DNA of 64,000 nucleotides from Proteobacteria bacterium UBA5122 (GTDB lineage: Bacteria; Pseudomonadota; Gammaproteobacteria; Tenderiales; Tenderiaceae). This document shows, in pieces, positions 16,488 to 25,565 of the stretch; positions within the stretch are counted from its first letter, which is position 1; the number at the start of each line of letters is the position of its first letter. The translations under genes and the position numbers were made by a program. Under the pieces are notes generated by a model. That model was not told the DNA's origin. It searched no databases and saw only the letters and a program-made list of their open reading frames with translations. The DNA lies in assembly GCA_002415485.1 (NCBI GenBank), contig DHYU01000050.1:21519-85518 (forward strand), read 5' to 3'.

Positions 16488-17339
16488 CTAATTGCATATT
16501 TCGTCCAGAGTCCCACCATCCTTTAATGCCAGGACAAAACTTTCCACATCGAGCAATGCAAACATCTCTTCTTTCACTGTCCCGGCCAACCAGGGTCGAC
16601 TCTCAAATCTGGCCTCGCGCCATTTCACCTTTTCTGCAGAGGTTTTTAAAACATCCTCCACATTGTCGCAGGCCAGTCCCCACTCCCCATCACCGACCAA
16701 TACAATATGCGTGAACTGCGGACGTTCCGATAGTGACATTCGCGCCTTGTGATGCTTGGGGATCACAAAACGAGCAAGATCGATCACCTTCACTTGTTTG
16801 CCGCGGACGGGCAACAAACCGATAAACCAGTCTTCATGCCCTGGGACGGAGGTGATCTCATCCGACCAATGAATAATCCCATTCAGTTTTACCAGCGGCA
16901 CGGCCAGCTTCAAGAAACCAGCGACCTGAAACACCAAACTCTCGAACTCACCCTGCGCCCACTCGGGGACCACTGCTTGAGCTTGAGCTGGAACAGGTGC
17001 AGGGACAGATTCGGCCAACACCGGCTCTGACACCACTGTTTCCTGCACCACATCCACCACATCGACAGGTGGTTCAACTTCAAGCACCGTCTCGGTTTTG
17101 GCCTCGACCTGCGGTTCAACAGCTACCACTGGTACTGGCTCAGGCGTGGTGACAAGTGGAGCCGGTGTGACGACAACCGGAATTTCAGTCACGGTTTCGA
17201 CGCGAGACTCAACTTCTTGCTCAACATCCTGTTCAGTCTCCAGCTGTAAGTCTTCGAACAGCAGCGAATCGATATATACCTTGAGCGCCAGATCCTGCTC
17301 AATGACCGCCGTCGGTTTTACAGATCGCTTAGTCATCAT
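16488..17339 (-). CDS. parP: CheW-domain protein, ParP-like (chemotaxis array polar-localisation partner)
   Basis: 283 aa. Conserved N-terminal ALKVYIDSLL peptide, a long V/E/P/T-rich linker and a C-terminal CheW-like domain. Sits immediately downstream of the ParA-like ATPase, as with ParC/ParP in Vibrio and PA1462/PA1463 in Pseudomonas. Confidence 0.65.
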   Translation of the reverse strand: MMTKRSVKPTAVIEQDLALKVYIDSLLFEDLQLETEQDVEQEVESRVETVTEIPVVVTPAPLVTTPEPVPVVAVEPQVEAKTETVLEVEPPVDVVDVVQETVVSEPVLAESVPAPVPAQAQAVVPEWAQGEFESLVFQVAGFLKLAVPLVKLNGIIHWSDEITSVPGHEDWFIGLLPVRGKQVKVIDLARFVIPKHHKARMSLSERPQFTHIVLVGDGEWGLACDNVEDVLKTSAEKVKWREARFESRPWLAGTVKEEMFALLDVESFVLALKDGGTLDEICN

Positions 17340-18122
17340 CTACAGCCCCACTGCCTGCTGTCCGATATCACGCGCCAGAAAATCATTCAACAAACGACTA
17401 TAGGCGATGACACCTCGTGAATGCGGCGCACTCATCGGCAACGGAATGCCTTCGCGACTGGCCTCGCGGAATTGGGTGTCTACCGGAATGGCCGAGCCCC
17501 ACAGTTCAGGACCATAGCGGTCACGCAGCTGACGCAGCGCTTGAGTCGACGCACGGGTGCGCCGATCAAACAAGGTTGGCAAAATTGTATAAGGCAGCGG
17601 CGTTTTGCGCGAACGCGTGATCATGACCAGGGTTCGCACCATACGCTCCAGGCCCTTCAACGCCAGAAACTCGGTCTGGGTTGGAATCAGCAAATGATCA
17701 CATGCCGCTAATGCATTGACCATCAACACGCCCAACATTGGCGGGCAATCTATCAAGGCAAAATCATACCGTGATGACAGTCGCGTCAGTCCCTGTTTCA
17801 GCACTAGCCCCATCCCGCTCTGACTACCAAGCTGACGATCCAGGGTTGCCAAGGCCATAGAGGCCGGTAGCAATTCGATATTTTCGAAGCGTGTCGGTCT
17901 CACCAAACGTGCAGGATCACACTGGCGGTTCTCAAATAGTGTGTAGACACTGGTTTCTAACTCATCCGGGCTATAGCGGAAATACGCCGTTAACGAACCA
18001 TGCGGATCAGTATCGACCAGCAACACTCGATAACCACGCATCGCCAGCAACCCACCCAGGGTGACAGTCGATGTCGTTTTACCGACCCCACCTTTTTGAT
18101 TGGCGACAGCCCAGACCTTCAT
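17340..18122 (-). CDS. parC: ParA/MinD-family ATPase, ParC-like (chemotaxis cluster)
   Basis: 260 aa with the deviant Walker A NQKGGVGKTT. Located between motD and the CheW-like gene. The start overlaps the motD stop (ATGA). Confidence 0.75.
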   Translation of the reverse strand: MKVWAVANQKGGVGKTTSTVTLGGLLAMRGYRVLLVDTDPHGSLTAYFRYSPDELETSVYTLFENRQCDPARLVRPTRFENIELLPASMALATLDRQLGSQSGMGLVLKQGLTRLSSRYDFALIDCPPMLGVLMVNALAACDHLLIPTQTEFLALKGLERMVRTLVMITRSRKTPLPYTILPTLFDRRTRASTQALRQLRDRYGPELWGSAIPVDTQFREASREGIPLPMSAPHSRGVIAYSRLLNDFLARDIGQQAVGL

Positions 18123-19186
18123 TGCTGTCCCTCCTGGTTACCTAGAGGACGAATGCCGGGAAAATTCAATCCCTCGATCACCCGATCGAAGCGACCGTCG
18201 GGCGCACGTTGTTCCTCTGAATCTTTAACCGTATCACGCAAACGCAAGGGCAAGGCGGGATCATCTTCGCCTTGTTTTAAGGCCGCATCAGCACCGGCCA
18301 GCGGGTCCTCGGCAGGGGCGTCAAGATTGATATTGGATTTGGGCAACTCTGTCTCGACGGCATCTTCGTCTGGCCGTTCAAACTGACGTTCGGCATCCTT
18401 GGAGAGAATCAACACGACCACACGACGATTGCGCAGGCGTCCATCTTCGGTATCGTTAGTCGCAATAGGACGATGCTCGCCATAACCAATGGCCGCCATG
18501 CGTGTGGGATCTACGCCTTCATCAGAGAACAGATGTACCACGCTCGCCGCCCGCCCGGCAGACAACTCCCAATTGGACGGGAAGGTGGCGGTATTGATAG
18601 GCAAGTTGTCGGTAAAGCCTTCGACTTTGATCGTATTATCAAAATCCCGCACGATACGTGCCATCTGCGACAATACGGGCACCGCCTGAGGCTGTAGCAA
18701 TGCGGTGCCACTGGCAAACAGAATCTTGGTGTTGATTTCGACTTCCAGCCAATCCTTGGCACGACGCACCTTAATCACGTCCTGCGCAATCAGCCCCGAT
18801 AAAGCGCGCTCCATTTCATCAGCGATCTTTTTCATTTTGAGGCGTTCTTTGGCCTGACCGGAATCCATCCCATCCAAGTTCTTGTGTACCTCTTGTCGTA
18901 TCGGAACTTGAATCGAATCAACCACGTTTGGGTCTACGCGCGAATGTTGTTTGATGTCTTGAGGGGCCTTGATTGCCTGCCCTACCTGAATGGGTTCAAA
19001 GGTTTTTGGTGTCGTGTGGAAAGCGGCAATCAGGGATTCAGACAAAACCCTGAACTTACCTTCGTTGACGGATGACAGGGCATACATGACCACAAAAAAC
19101 GCGAACAATAGCGTGATAAAATCGGCATAGGAGACCAACCACCGTTCGTGGTTTTCGTGCTCTTCATGTTTCTTTTTTCGTCCCAT
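18119..19186 (-). CDS. motD: Flagellar stator protein MotD (MotB family, OmpA-like peptidoglycan-binding domain) with a long acidic C-terminal extension
   Basis: N-terminus KKHEEHENHERWLVSYADFITLLFAFFVVMYA (TM segment with the conserved Asp), then an OmpA-like core ending in GYGEHRPIATNDTEDGRLRNRRVVV, then about 100 extra residues. Confidence 0.85.
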   Translation of the reverse strand: MGRKKKHEEHENHERWLVSYADFITLLFAFFVVMYALSSVNEGKFRVLSESLIAAFHTTPKTFEPIQVGQAIKAPQDIKQHSRVDPNVVDSIQVPIRQEVHKNLDGMDSGQAKERLKMKKIADEMERALSGLIAQDVIKVRRAKDWLEVEINTKILFASGTALLQPQAVPVLSQMARIVRDFDNTIKVEGFTDNLPINTATFPSNWELSAGRAASVVHLFSDEGVDPTRMAAIGYGEHRPIATNDTEDGRLRNRRVVVLILSKDAERQFERPDEDAVETELPKSNINLDAPAEDPLAGADAALKQGEDDPALPLRLRDTVKDSEEQRAPDGRFDRVIEGLNFPGIRPLGNQEGQQ

Positions 19187-19318
19187 GCCTTCAATCCTAG
19201 CAAATGCTTACGCCACAACAGTCAATAAACCGACTCGAATATAGGTAATGCAACATTCGTACCGAAAATTGACTCTGGGGTACTCATTCCCCTATTTAGG
19301 CTTAGACTGGATAAGCAC

Positions 19319-20059
19319 CTAGTGCAGATACCCCTGCAGTTTGGTTTCGATATTACGGGGATTTTCACCTTCGGCGATCGAAATAATGCCTTCGATAATC
19401 ATCTCGCGGAATTGACTTTGCTGGTGAATGGCGGACTTGAGTTTGTTGGCCATCGGCAGGAATATCATATTCGCAAATCCCACACCATATATAGTGGCAA
19501 CGAAAGCGACGGCTATCCCTGCCCCCAGCTTGCTGGGATCAGCCAGATTACCCATTACGTGGATCAACCCCATCACAGCACCGATAATACCTATTGTAGG
19601 CGAATACCCACCAAAGGCCTCATACACTTTAGCCGCCTGGGTGTCGAAGTGCTCACGCACCCCCAGTTCAACTTCTAAAATACCTCGAATGGCATCAGGT
19701 TCACTGCCATCTACCAGCAACTGCAAACCTTTTTGCGCAAAGGGGTCTGTTTCTGATTCGACAAGAGATTCCAGCCCTAGCAAACCTTCTTTACGCGCAA
19801 TATTACTCCAGCTAATGATTTTATCGATTGCGGCTTGCTGCTCAAGTTTTGGTGGAACAAATACCCAAGACGTGATTTTCATGCAGCGAAGGAAAACGGG
19901 CATGGGAACTTGCACAAACACACAACCAAGCGTTCCGCCGAATACAATCAAGAAAGCAGTAATCTGCATCAACGAAGAGGTGTGCCCACCTTCGAGTATG
20001 TTGCCGCCGATGATGGCGCCAAAGCCGATCAACAGCCCGAGTAAGGTTAAGATATCCAT
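19319..20059 (-). CDS. motC: Flagellar stator protein MotC (MotA/PomA family)
   Basis: 246 aa, four TM segments. The N-terminus MDILTLLGLLIGFGAIIGGNILEGGH closely resembles Pseudomonas MotC. Confidence 0.9.
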   Translation of the reverse strand: MDILTLLGLLIGFGAIIGGNILEGGHTSSLMQITAFLIVFGGTLGCVFVQVPMPVFLRCMKITSWVFVPPKLEQQAAIDKIISWSNIARKEGLLGLESLVESETDPFAQKGLQLLVDGSEPDAIRGILEVELGVREHFDTQAAKVYEAFGGYSPTIGIIGAVMGLIHVMGNLADPSKLGAGIAVAFVATIYGVGFANMIFLPMANKLKSAIHQQSQFREMIIEGIISIAEGENPRNIETKLQGYLH

Positions 20060-20063
20060 ATCG

Positions 20064-21125
20064 TCAGACCGCTTCCGTCAATGCTGGACCTACCGTATTC
20101 AAGGCAAGAATCCGATCCGCCAATCCGGCCTCGGCAATCGCCGCCGGCATACCATATATGACACTTGTTGCCTCATCCTGAGCCCAAACAGTCGCGCCCT
20201 GGGCCTTCAACGCCCGCGCACCCTCGCGACCATCTGCCCCCATCCCCGTCAATACCACTGCTAATACATCACCTTTATATACTTCGGAGGCTGAACGAAA
20301 GGTAATGTCCACACTTGGCTTATATGTTTGCCCCACCGTCCCGGGATAAACACGTAAACTGACGTGACCGCGCGAGCCCGTCAATTCCATTTGAGTCCCC
20401 CCCGGAGCCAGATAGGCTGTCCCGGGCTTTAATACATCGCCATCCGCAGCCTCTTTCACCGAGATCGCAGATAACTTATCCAGACGCTGTGCAAAGGCCG
20501 GAGTAAACGACGCCGGCATGTGCTGAATCAACACTATCGGCAGTGGGAAATTTGCGGGCAACCGTGTTAGCACTTCCTGTAATGCAACAGGCCCTCCGGT
20601 TGAGGTGCCTATCGCGACCAAACGGTAGCTACCTTTTGGTTTAGGTGGTGATGGTGGACGTGGTGGCATTGCCGCTGCTCGCGCACCCGGCTTGGTCGAC
20701 AATGTGGGCACCGGTTTATGCTTAAGGCCTCGCGCCCCGATCAACCGCACACGCGCACATAATTGACGCTTCGCCAACTCTTTGTCCTGCGAAATATCGT
20801 CCATGTTCTTGGGCAAAAAATCCATCGCGCCAGCCTCTAGCGCGTCCAGCGTGGCCTGAGCACCTTGCGTGGTCAGCGATGAGAACATCAACACTGGCGT
20901 AGGACAACGCTCCATGATCTTACGCACGGCACTGATGCCATCCATCACTGGCATTTCAATATCCATCGTGACGACATCTGGTTTTAATTTCACGACTTGT
21001 TCGACAGCCTCGCGACCGTCAGCGGCCGCACCGACCACTTCTATTTTTGGATCGGCATTTAAAATCTCAGTCAAACGACGTCTAAAAAAACCCGAGTCAT
21101 CAACCACTAAGACTCGCACTGGCAT
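20064..21125 (-). CDS. cheB: Chemotaxis protein-glutamate methylesterase CheB (cluster 1)
   Basis: REC domain (VLVVDDSGFFRR, DIEMPVMDG) plus a methylesterase domain (GTSTGGP, IQHMP, GMGADG). Confidence 0.95.
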   Translation of the reverse strand: MPVRVLVVDDSGFFRRRLTEILNADPKIEVVGAAADGREAVEQVVKLKPDVVTMDIEMPVMDGISAVRKIMERCPTPVLMFSSLTTQGAQATLDALEAGAMDFLPKNMDDISQDKELAKRQLCARVRLIGARGLKHKPVPTLSTKPGARAAAMPPRPPSPPKPKGSYRLVAIGTSTGGPVALQEVLTRLPANFPLPIVLIQHMPASFTPAFAQRLDKLSAISVKEAADGDVLKPGTAYLAPGGTQMELTGSRGHVSLRVYPGTVGQTYKPSVDITFRSASEVYKGDVLAVVLTGMGADGREGARALKAQGATVWAQDEATSVIYGMPAAIAEAGLADRILALNTVGPALTEAV

Positions 21126-21137
21126 GAATCACTACTC

Positions 21138-23345
21138 CTACATGCGGCCGCCATAGGCCTCCATCAGCCCTGGCATATCTAGAATGAGCGCGATCCCGCC
21201 ATTGCCTGTGATCGTTGCGCCCGAAATACCCTTTGTCCCTTGCAGCAATGCACCGAGGGGTTTGATGACAACCTCCTCCTGTCCCACCAGATTGTCCACC
21301 AAACAACCAATATGCTGATTCCCAATCGTAGTGACGACAACATAGCCCTGCCCTGCAGGCTGCTCCTGATAATGACCGTTCACCAGCCACTTTCCTAGTT
21401 TAACCAGAGGAACGGCTTTTTCGCGGATAATCACCACACGTTTACCGTCAACGGTACTCAGCTTGGCAGAGTCAAGATCAAATATTTCACTCACATTTGC
21501 CAGCGGAATGGCAAAAAACTGTTTACCCAACACCACCATCAAGGTAGGCATAATGGCGAGCGTCAGCGGCAACTTGATGATAATTCGACTGCCCTTACCC
21601 TCAGTCGAGTCGACCTCTACCACACCGTTGAGCTGGGTGATGCGCGTTTTAACGACATCCATCCCAACCCCACGACCAGAGACATCAGAAATCTCGGTTT
21701 TGGTCGAAAATCCCGGCGCGAAAATCAGGTTATAACAGGCCTTTTCATCCAGACGAGCAGCAGATTCTTCATCCAATACCCCTTTTGAAACTGCACTGCG
21801 GCGCAAGACATCGGCATTCATGCCTTTGCCATCATCCTCGATGACCAACAGGATATGATCCCCTTCCTGTTGCGCAGAGAGTATCACCCTTCCTGTACGC
21901 GGCTTGCCCTTAGCTTCACGCTCATCTGGCATTTCAACACCGTGATCCACCGCATTGCGCACCAAATGCACCAGTGGGTCGGCCAATGCCTCGACCAGAT
22001 TTTTATCTAAATCAGTTTCCTCACCGTAGAGTTCTAGCTCTACTTCTTTTTTCAGGCTACGGGCCAAATCCCGTACCACACGAGGAAAACGGCCAAAGAC
22101 CTTTTTGATCGGTTGCATACGGGTCTTCATGACCGAGGTTTGCAAATCAGATGTCACTAGATCGAGATTGGCGATTGCCTTGGCCACTTCTTCATCGGCC
22201 ATGGTTGTTTTCAATGTCGCCATCCGATTACGCACCAACACCAGCTCACCCACCAAGTTCATGATGTCATCTAAGCGTTTGGTATCGACGCGCACTGTCG
22301 TCTCAGCCGCTGGCGCCTCTTTGGCAGGGGCCGCTGCCGGTTTCTTTACATCTGCCACAGGGGCTGGCGCCGGCTCTACCTTAGGCTTGGGCTTGGGGGC
22401 CTCTTTTGCTGCAACTGCAGGGGCAGGCTCTACCTTAGGTGGAGGCGATGGTGCGGCTGCAGCCTTTGGTGCGGCAGCGGGCCGTTCAGCAGGCGGGGTA
22501 GTTCGAGCCGCTGCCGTTTTTTTCTTTTCTTCCAGTTCGTCGAGCAGCGCCTCAAACTCATCATCACTAATTTCATCTGACGTGGGCGCAGCTCCTGTCG
22601 CTGCAACTGGTCTATTGGGGGCAGGCTTGGCCTCCTCTTGCCCACTCAACTGATCCAGCAGCGCTTCAAATTCTTCATCAGTAATATCATCGCCTTGCTG
22701 TGCTGTCGCAGGAGTGGCTGCCACTTTTGCAGGTGAACCATGTAATTCATCCAGTAACGCTTCAAACTCATCATCAGAGATCTCGTCTCCGGAACCGGTG
22801 CTAGCACTGACCTTAGCGGGTGCTGATGGGACGGGAGGAGCCGATGGTTCTTCAAAAAGGTCATCCACCCCAAAACTGAGTGCCTCATCTGCAGGTGCAA
22901 TGCCTGGGGCTTCCTCCACCACAGGGGTGGGAGCCGGCGCAGCTCCTCCTGGCGCTTCACCACGCAGAATAGCCTCTAGGCCACCGATGAGCGCAGGGTC
23001 GGCCTCTTCCGGATCAACACCAGAGCGAATACTATCCATCATGTCATTGACGACATCCACAACCCGCAGAATGATGTCCATCATTGCCGCGTCTATAGAT
23101 CTCTCTCCCTGCCGCAACAGGTTAAAAACATCCTCTGCACGGTGACAAACCGTCACCAAGGCCGTCAGGTTAAGAAACCCAGCCCCGCCTTTAACCGTGT
23201 GAAAACCACGAAAGACTGCATTCAGCAGATTGACATCTTCCGGCGTTCGTTCCAGCTCAACAAGTTGTTCCCCCAACAGCTCGAGGATCTCTCCAGCCTC
23301 TAGCAGGAAGTCTTGTAAGATGTCATCACTCAGATCGATTGCCAT
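21138..23345 (-). CDS. cheA: Chemotaxis histidine kinase CheA (cluster 1)
   Basis: 735 aa. HPt with FRGFHTVKGGAGFL, a long low-complexity linker, HATPase (DDGKGM, GRGVGMDVV) and a C-terminal CheW-like domain. Confidence 0.95.
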   Translation of the reverse strand: MAIDLSDDILQDFLLEAGEILELLGEQLVELERTPEDVNLLNAVFRGFHTVKGGAGFLNLTALVTVCHRAEDVFNLLRQGERSIDAAMMDIILRVVDVVNDMMDSIRSGVDPEEADPALIGGLEAILRGEAPGGAAPAPTPVVEEAPGIAPADEALSFGVDDLFEEPSAPPVPSAPAKVSASTGSGDEISDDEFEALLDELHGSPAKVAATPATAQQGDDITDEEFEALLDQLSGQEEAKPAPNRPVAATGAAPTSDEISDDEFEALLDELEEKKKTAAARTTPPAERPAAAPKAAAAPSPPPKVEPAPAVAAKEAPKPKPKVEPAPAPVADVKKPAAAPAKEAPAAETTVRVDTKRLDDIMNLVGELVLVRNRMATLKTTMADEEVAKAIANLDLVTSDLQTSVMKTRMQPIKKVFGRFPRVVRDLARSLKKEVELELYGEETDLDKNLVEALADPLVHLVRNAVDHGVEMPDEREAKGKPRTGRVILSAQQEGDHILLVIEDDGKGMNADVLRRSAVSKGVLDEESAARLDEKACYNLIFAPGFSTKTEISDVSGRGVGMDVVKTRITQLNGVVEVDSTEGKGSRIIIKLPLTLAIMPTLMVVLGKQFFAIPLANVSEIFDLDSAKLSTVDGKRVVIIREKAVPLVKLGKWLVNGHYQEQPAGQGYVVVTTIGNQHIGCLVDNLVGQEEVVIKPLGALLQGTKGISGATITGNGGIALILDMPGLMEAYGGRM
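22530..22790 (-). repeat. Three in-frame copies of an acidic peptide motif in the CheA P1-P3 linker
   Basis: GDEISDDEFEALLDELHG, GDDITDEEFEALLDQLSG and SDEISDDEFEALLDELEE at about aa 186-272 of CheA, separated by A/P-rich spacers. Confidence 0.85.
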
Positions 23346-23357
23346 AGTGCACCCGAC

Positions 23358-24098
23358 TTAGAAGCCCAAACTCGATAGCAGGTCATCAACCTCATCCTGC
23401 CCTTTCACAATATTTCCTTGATCTATCCCTTCGATTGAAGGCCCTGTCGCCTCAATGGGATTTACTTCCTTTTTCTCAGGCTGAGCTTTGAGTTTCTGAC
23501 CAGAAATCCGAATCAAATCGACCAAGCCCGACTCCACATCCTGGACCAGAGTGATTACACGACGGATAATCTGTCCAGTCAGGTCCTGGAAGTCCTGTGC
23601 CATCATGATATCGGTCAACTTGCTGTTAAATTGGGGCATGGTTTCGCCCATCCAGTCAAAAAACTGGTCAAGTTCACGACTCAGCTCGCGAAACTCCTCA
23701 ACAGCCATATCACGGCTACGAAAACGTCCCCAGTCGGCGTGCAGTTTGGCCATACGGGTTTGCAATTCATCGGATAACGGTTGCAACTCCTCAACAGCCC
23801 CCAAGGTCTTATCTGCGGCCTGCTCTGTCATGGTGATGACATAATTAAGGCGCTCCTTGGCATCCGGTATGTCGGTTTCAGCCAGGGTGGTTATTTTGGT
23901 ATCAATCTGGAAATTAGCCAGGGTGTTATGTAACTCGCGTGTCAGCTTGCCCAATTCCTGAAACAACTGACTTTCACGTATCGCAGACAGCGCCTCCAGT
24001 GACTCCTGCGCCCCCTGCTCATCCCCCGCTTCCAGGTGTGCTACTAGGCTCCTGGCGAATTCGAGGCATTGTTCACTGCCGACAAGTGCTTCCGACAT
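23358..24098 (-). CDS. cheZ: CheY-P phosphatase CheZ
   Basis: 246 aa between cheY and cheA, with the catalytic-region DFQDLTGQ motif and the C-terminal CheY-binding peptide DDLLSSLGF. Confidence 0.9.
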   Translation of the reverse strand: MSEALVGSEQCLEFARSLVAHLEAGDEQGAQESLEALSAIRESQLFQELGKLTRELHNTLANFQIDTKITTLAETDIPDAKERLNYVITMTEQAADKTLGAVEELQPLSDELQTRMAKLHADWGRFRSRDMAVEEFRELSRELDQFFDWMGETMPQFNSKLTDIMMAQDFQDLTGQIIRRVITLVQDVESGLVDLIRISGQKLKAQPEKKEVNPIEATGPSIEGIDQGNIVKGQDEVDDLLSSLGF

Positions 24099-24131
24099 TT
24101 TGTTCCCTCAAACTTATTCAACAACCGATAC

Positions 24132-24512
24132 TTAACCGCCAGCTTCTATGCGCTCAAAAATCTTATCGATTTTTTCCTTCAAAGTGCCCGCGGTAAACGG
24201 TTTGACGATGTAGCCGTTGACACCTGCCTGGGCGGCCTCAACGATCTGCTCGCGCTTCGCCTCTGCCGTCACCATCAGCACCGGCAACTTGCATAGACGC
24301 TCATCAGCCCGAACTGCCTTCAGCAGATCGATTCCCTGCATACCCGGCATATTCCAATCCGTTACCAGGAAATCGAAATTGCCTGACTGCAACATCGGCA
24401 ACGCGGTCAAGCCATCATCGGCCTCCGACGTATTGTTGAATCCCAAATCACGCAATAAATTTTTGATAATCCGCCTCATCGTCGAAAAATCATCAACGAT
24501 CAGGATTTTCAT
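24132..24512 (-). CDS. cheY: Chemotaxis response regulator CheY (cluster 1)
   Basis: [25 protein letters not shown]...DWNMPGM...VKPFT. Start set at the ATG at 24512. The track start at 24608 adds 32 unlikely codons. A TTG at 24524 is an alternative. Confidence 0.9.
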   Translation of the reverse strand: MKILIVDDFSTMRRIIKNLLRDLGFNNTSEADDGLTALPMLQSGNFDFLVTDWNMPGMQGIDLLKAVRADERLCKLPVLMVTAEAKREQIVEAAQAGVNGYIVKPFTAGTLKEKIDKIFERIEAGG

Positions 24513-24797
24513 GTTCTTATCCAAACCAGAAACCTCCGTGCTAGCAAGACGACTCCGTGACTGCATATCCCTTACTATTTTCGGGCAAGTAGTTAGTGAG
24601 CAATCCACCCATTATTACTATCTGCAGTTTAGAAAAAATATTTAGGAATCTCGTGTTGATTTTTGTACAAAAAAGATATGTGAATCAAAATTTTCCAATT
24701 CACATGGCAGCAATGTGCATTTGCCACCCAATCAGCAAATCACCACAAAATATTAAGGAAATTGAGCGCCGCCGATATCCATACCGGCAGCCTGCTC

Positions 24798-25544
24798 TTA
24801 AGACTCTGACCGTCCGGTCCACTGTCCCAGGCGCGCCTGCAAACGAATCAACGCCTGACTGTGGATCTGGCTCACACGAGACTCGCTAACCCCCAAAACA
24901 GCTCCAATCTCACGCAAATTCAGTTCTTCGTCATAATAGAGCGTCATAACCAGACGTTCGCGCTCTGGCAACCCGGCAATGGCCTCCGCCAGGGATCGTT
25001 TGAAATCTTCTTTTTGCAAACCGTCGAATGGAGTCGAGGCATGATCTGACAACGAAGTCGCGACTGCCTCATCATCGGAACCTAGATCATCGAAACTCAA
25101 CATCAGGTAACCACTGGCAGATTGCAGGGTCTGATGATACTCCTCAAGACTCATTTCCAGGGCCTCGGCGACTTCGTTGTCACGCGCATCACGCCCTTTC
25201 ATGTTCTCGATTTGACGGACCGCCTCAGCAACTTTACGTGCCTTGCGGTGCACTGAACGTGGCGCCCAGTCGTTTTTACGGATTTCATCGAGCATGGCAC
25301 CACGGACACGGATGCCAGCGTAGGTTTCAAAGCTGGCGCCCTGCTTGGCATCATAATTTCGAGCGGCCTCCAGTAAACCAATCATGCCTGCTTGAATCAG
25401 GTCATCTGCCTGCACGCTGGGCGGCAATCGACACATCAGGTGGTAAGCAATACGCTTAACCAGCGGCGCATGCTGTGTAACCAGATCATCTTTGTTGTCT
25501 TTTTTCGTTGACTGCATATCACTAAACATCGCGAGTCCATTCAT
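24798..25544 (-). CDS. fliA: Flagellar sigma factor FliA (sigma28)
   Basis: 248 aa sigma70-family protein with regions 2-4 and the region 4.2 HTH LNLREIGAVLGVSESRVSQIHSQAL. Follows flhF-fleN. Confidence 0.95.
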   Translation of the reverse strand: MNGLAMFSDMQSTKKDNKDDLVTQHAPLVKRIAYHLMCRLPPSVQADDLIQAGMIGLLEAARNYDAKQGASFETYAGIRVRGAMLDEIRKNDWAPRSVHRKARKVAEAVRQIENMKGRDARDNEVAEALEMSLEEYHQTLQSASGYLMLSFDDLGSDDEAVATSLSDHASTPFDGLQKEDFKRSLAEAIAGLPERERLVMTLYYDEELNLREIGAVLGVSESRVSQIHSQALIRLQARLGQWTGRSES

Positions 25545-25565
25545 CTTTGCGGCCCCCTGGCATTA

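Noticed and set aside
19200-19215. sigma54-like element TGGCGTAAGCATTTGC (minus strand) upstream of motD
   Set aside because: The GG-to-GC spacing is one nt too long, and it lies only about 14 nt from the ATG. That leaves no room for a TSS plus RBS.
19428-20264. 278-aa plus-strand ORF spanning the motC/cheB junction
   Set aside because: It is antisense to two strongly supported genes and crosses their boundary. No motifs.
22105-23145. Plus- and minus-strand ORFs of 105-182 aa inside cheA
   Set aside because: They arise in the A/P/E-rich low-complexity linker of CheA, where all frames stay open. The CheA frame is fixed by the HPt and HATPase motifs.
24679-24704. TGTGA...TCACA, considered as a CRP/Vfr site
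   Set aside because: The half-site spacing is 16 nt, not the 6 nt required for CRP-family binding. I kept it only as an unexplained inverted repeat.
24771-24778. GCCGATAT (sigma28 -10-like) on the plus strand just after the fliA stop, which would drive an antisense fliA transcript
   Set aside because: There is no TAAA -35 element at N15. Only TTAA/TAAG occur, at the wrong spacing. A single 8-mer match is expected by chance.
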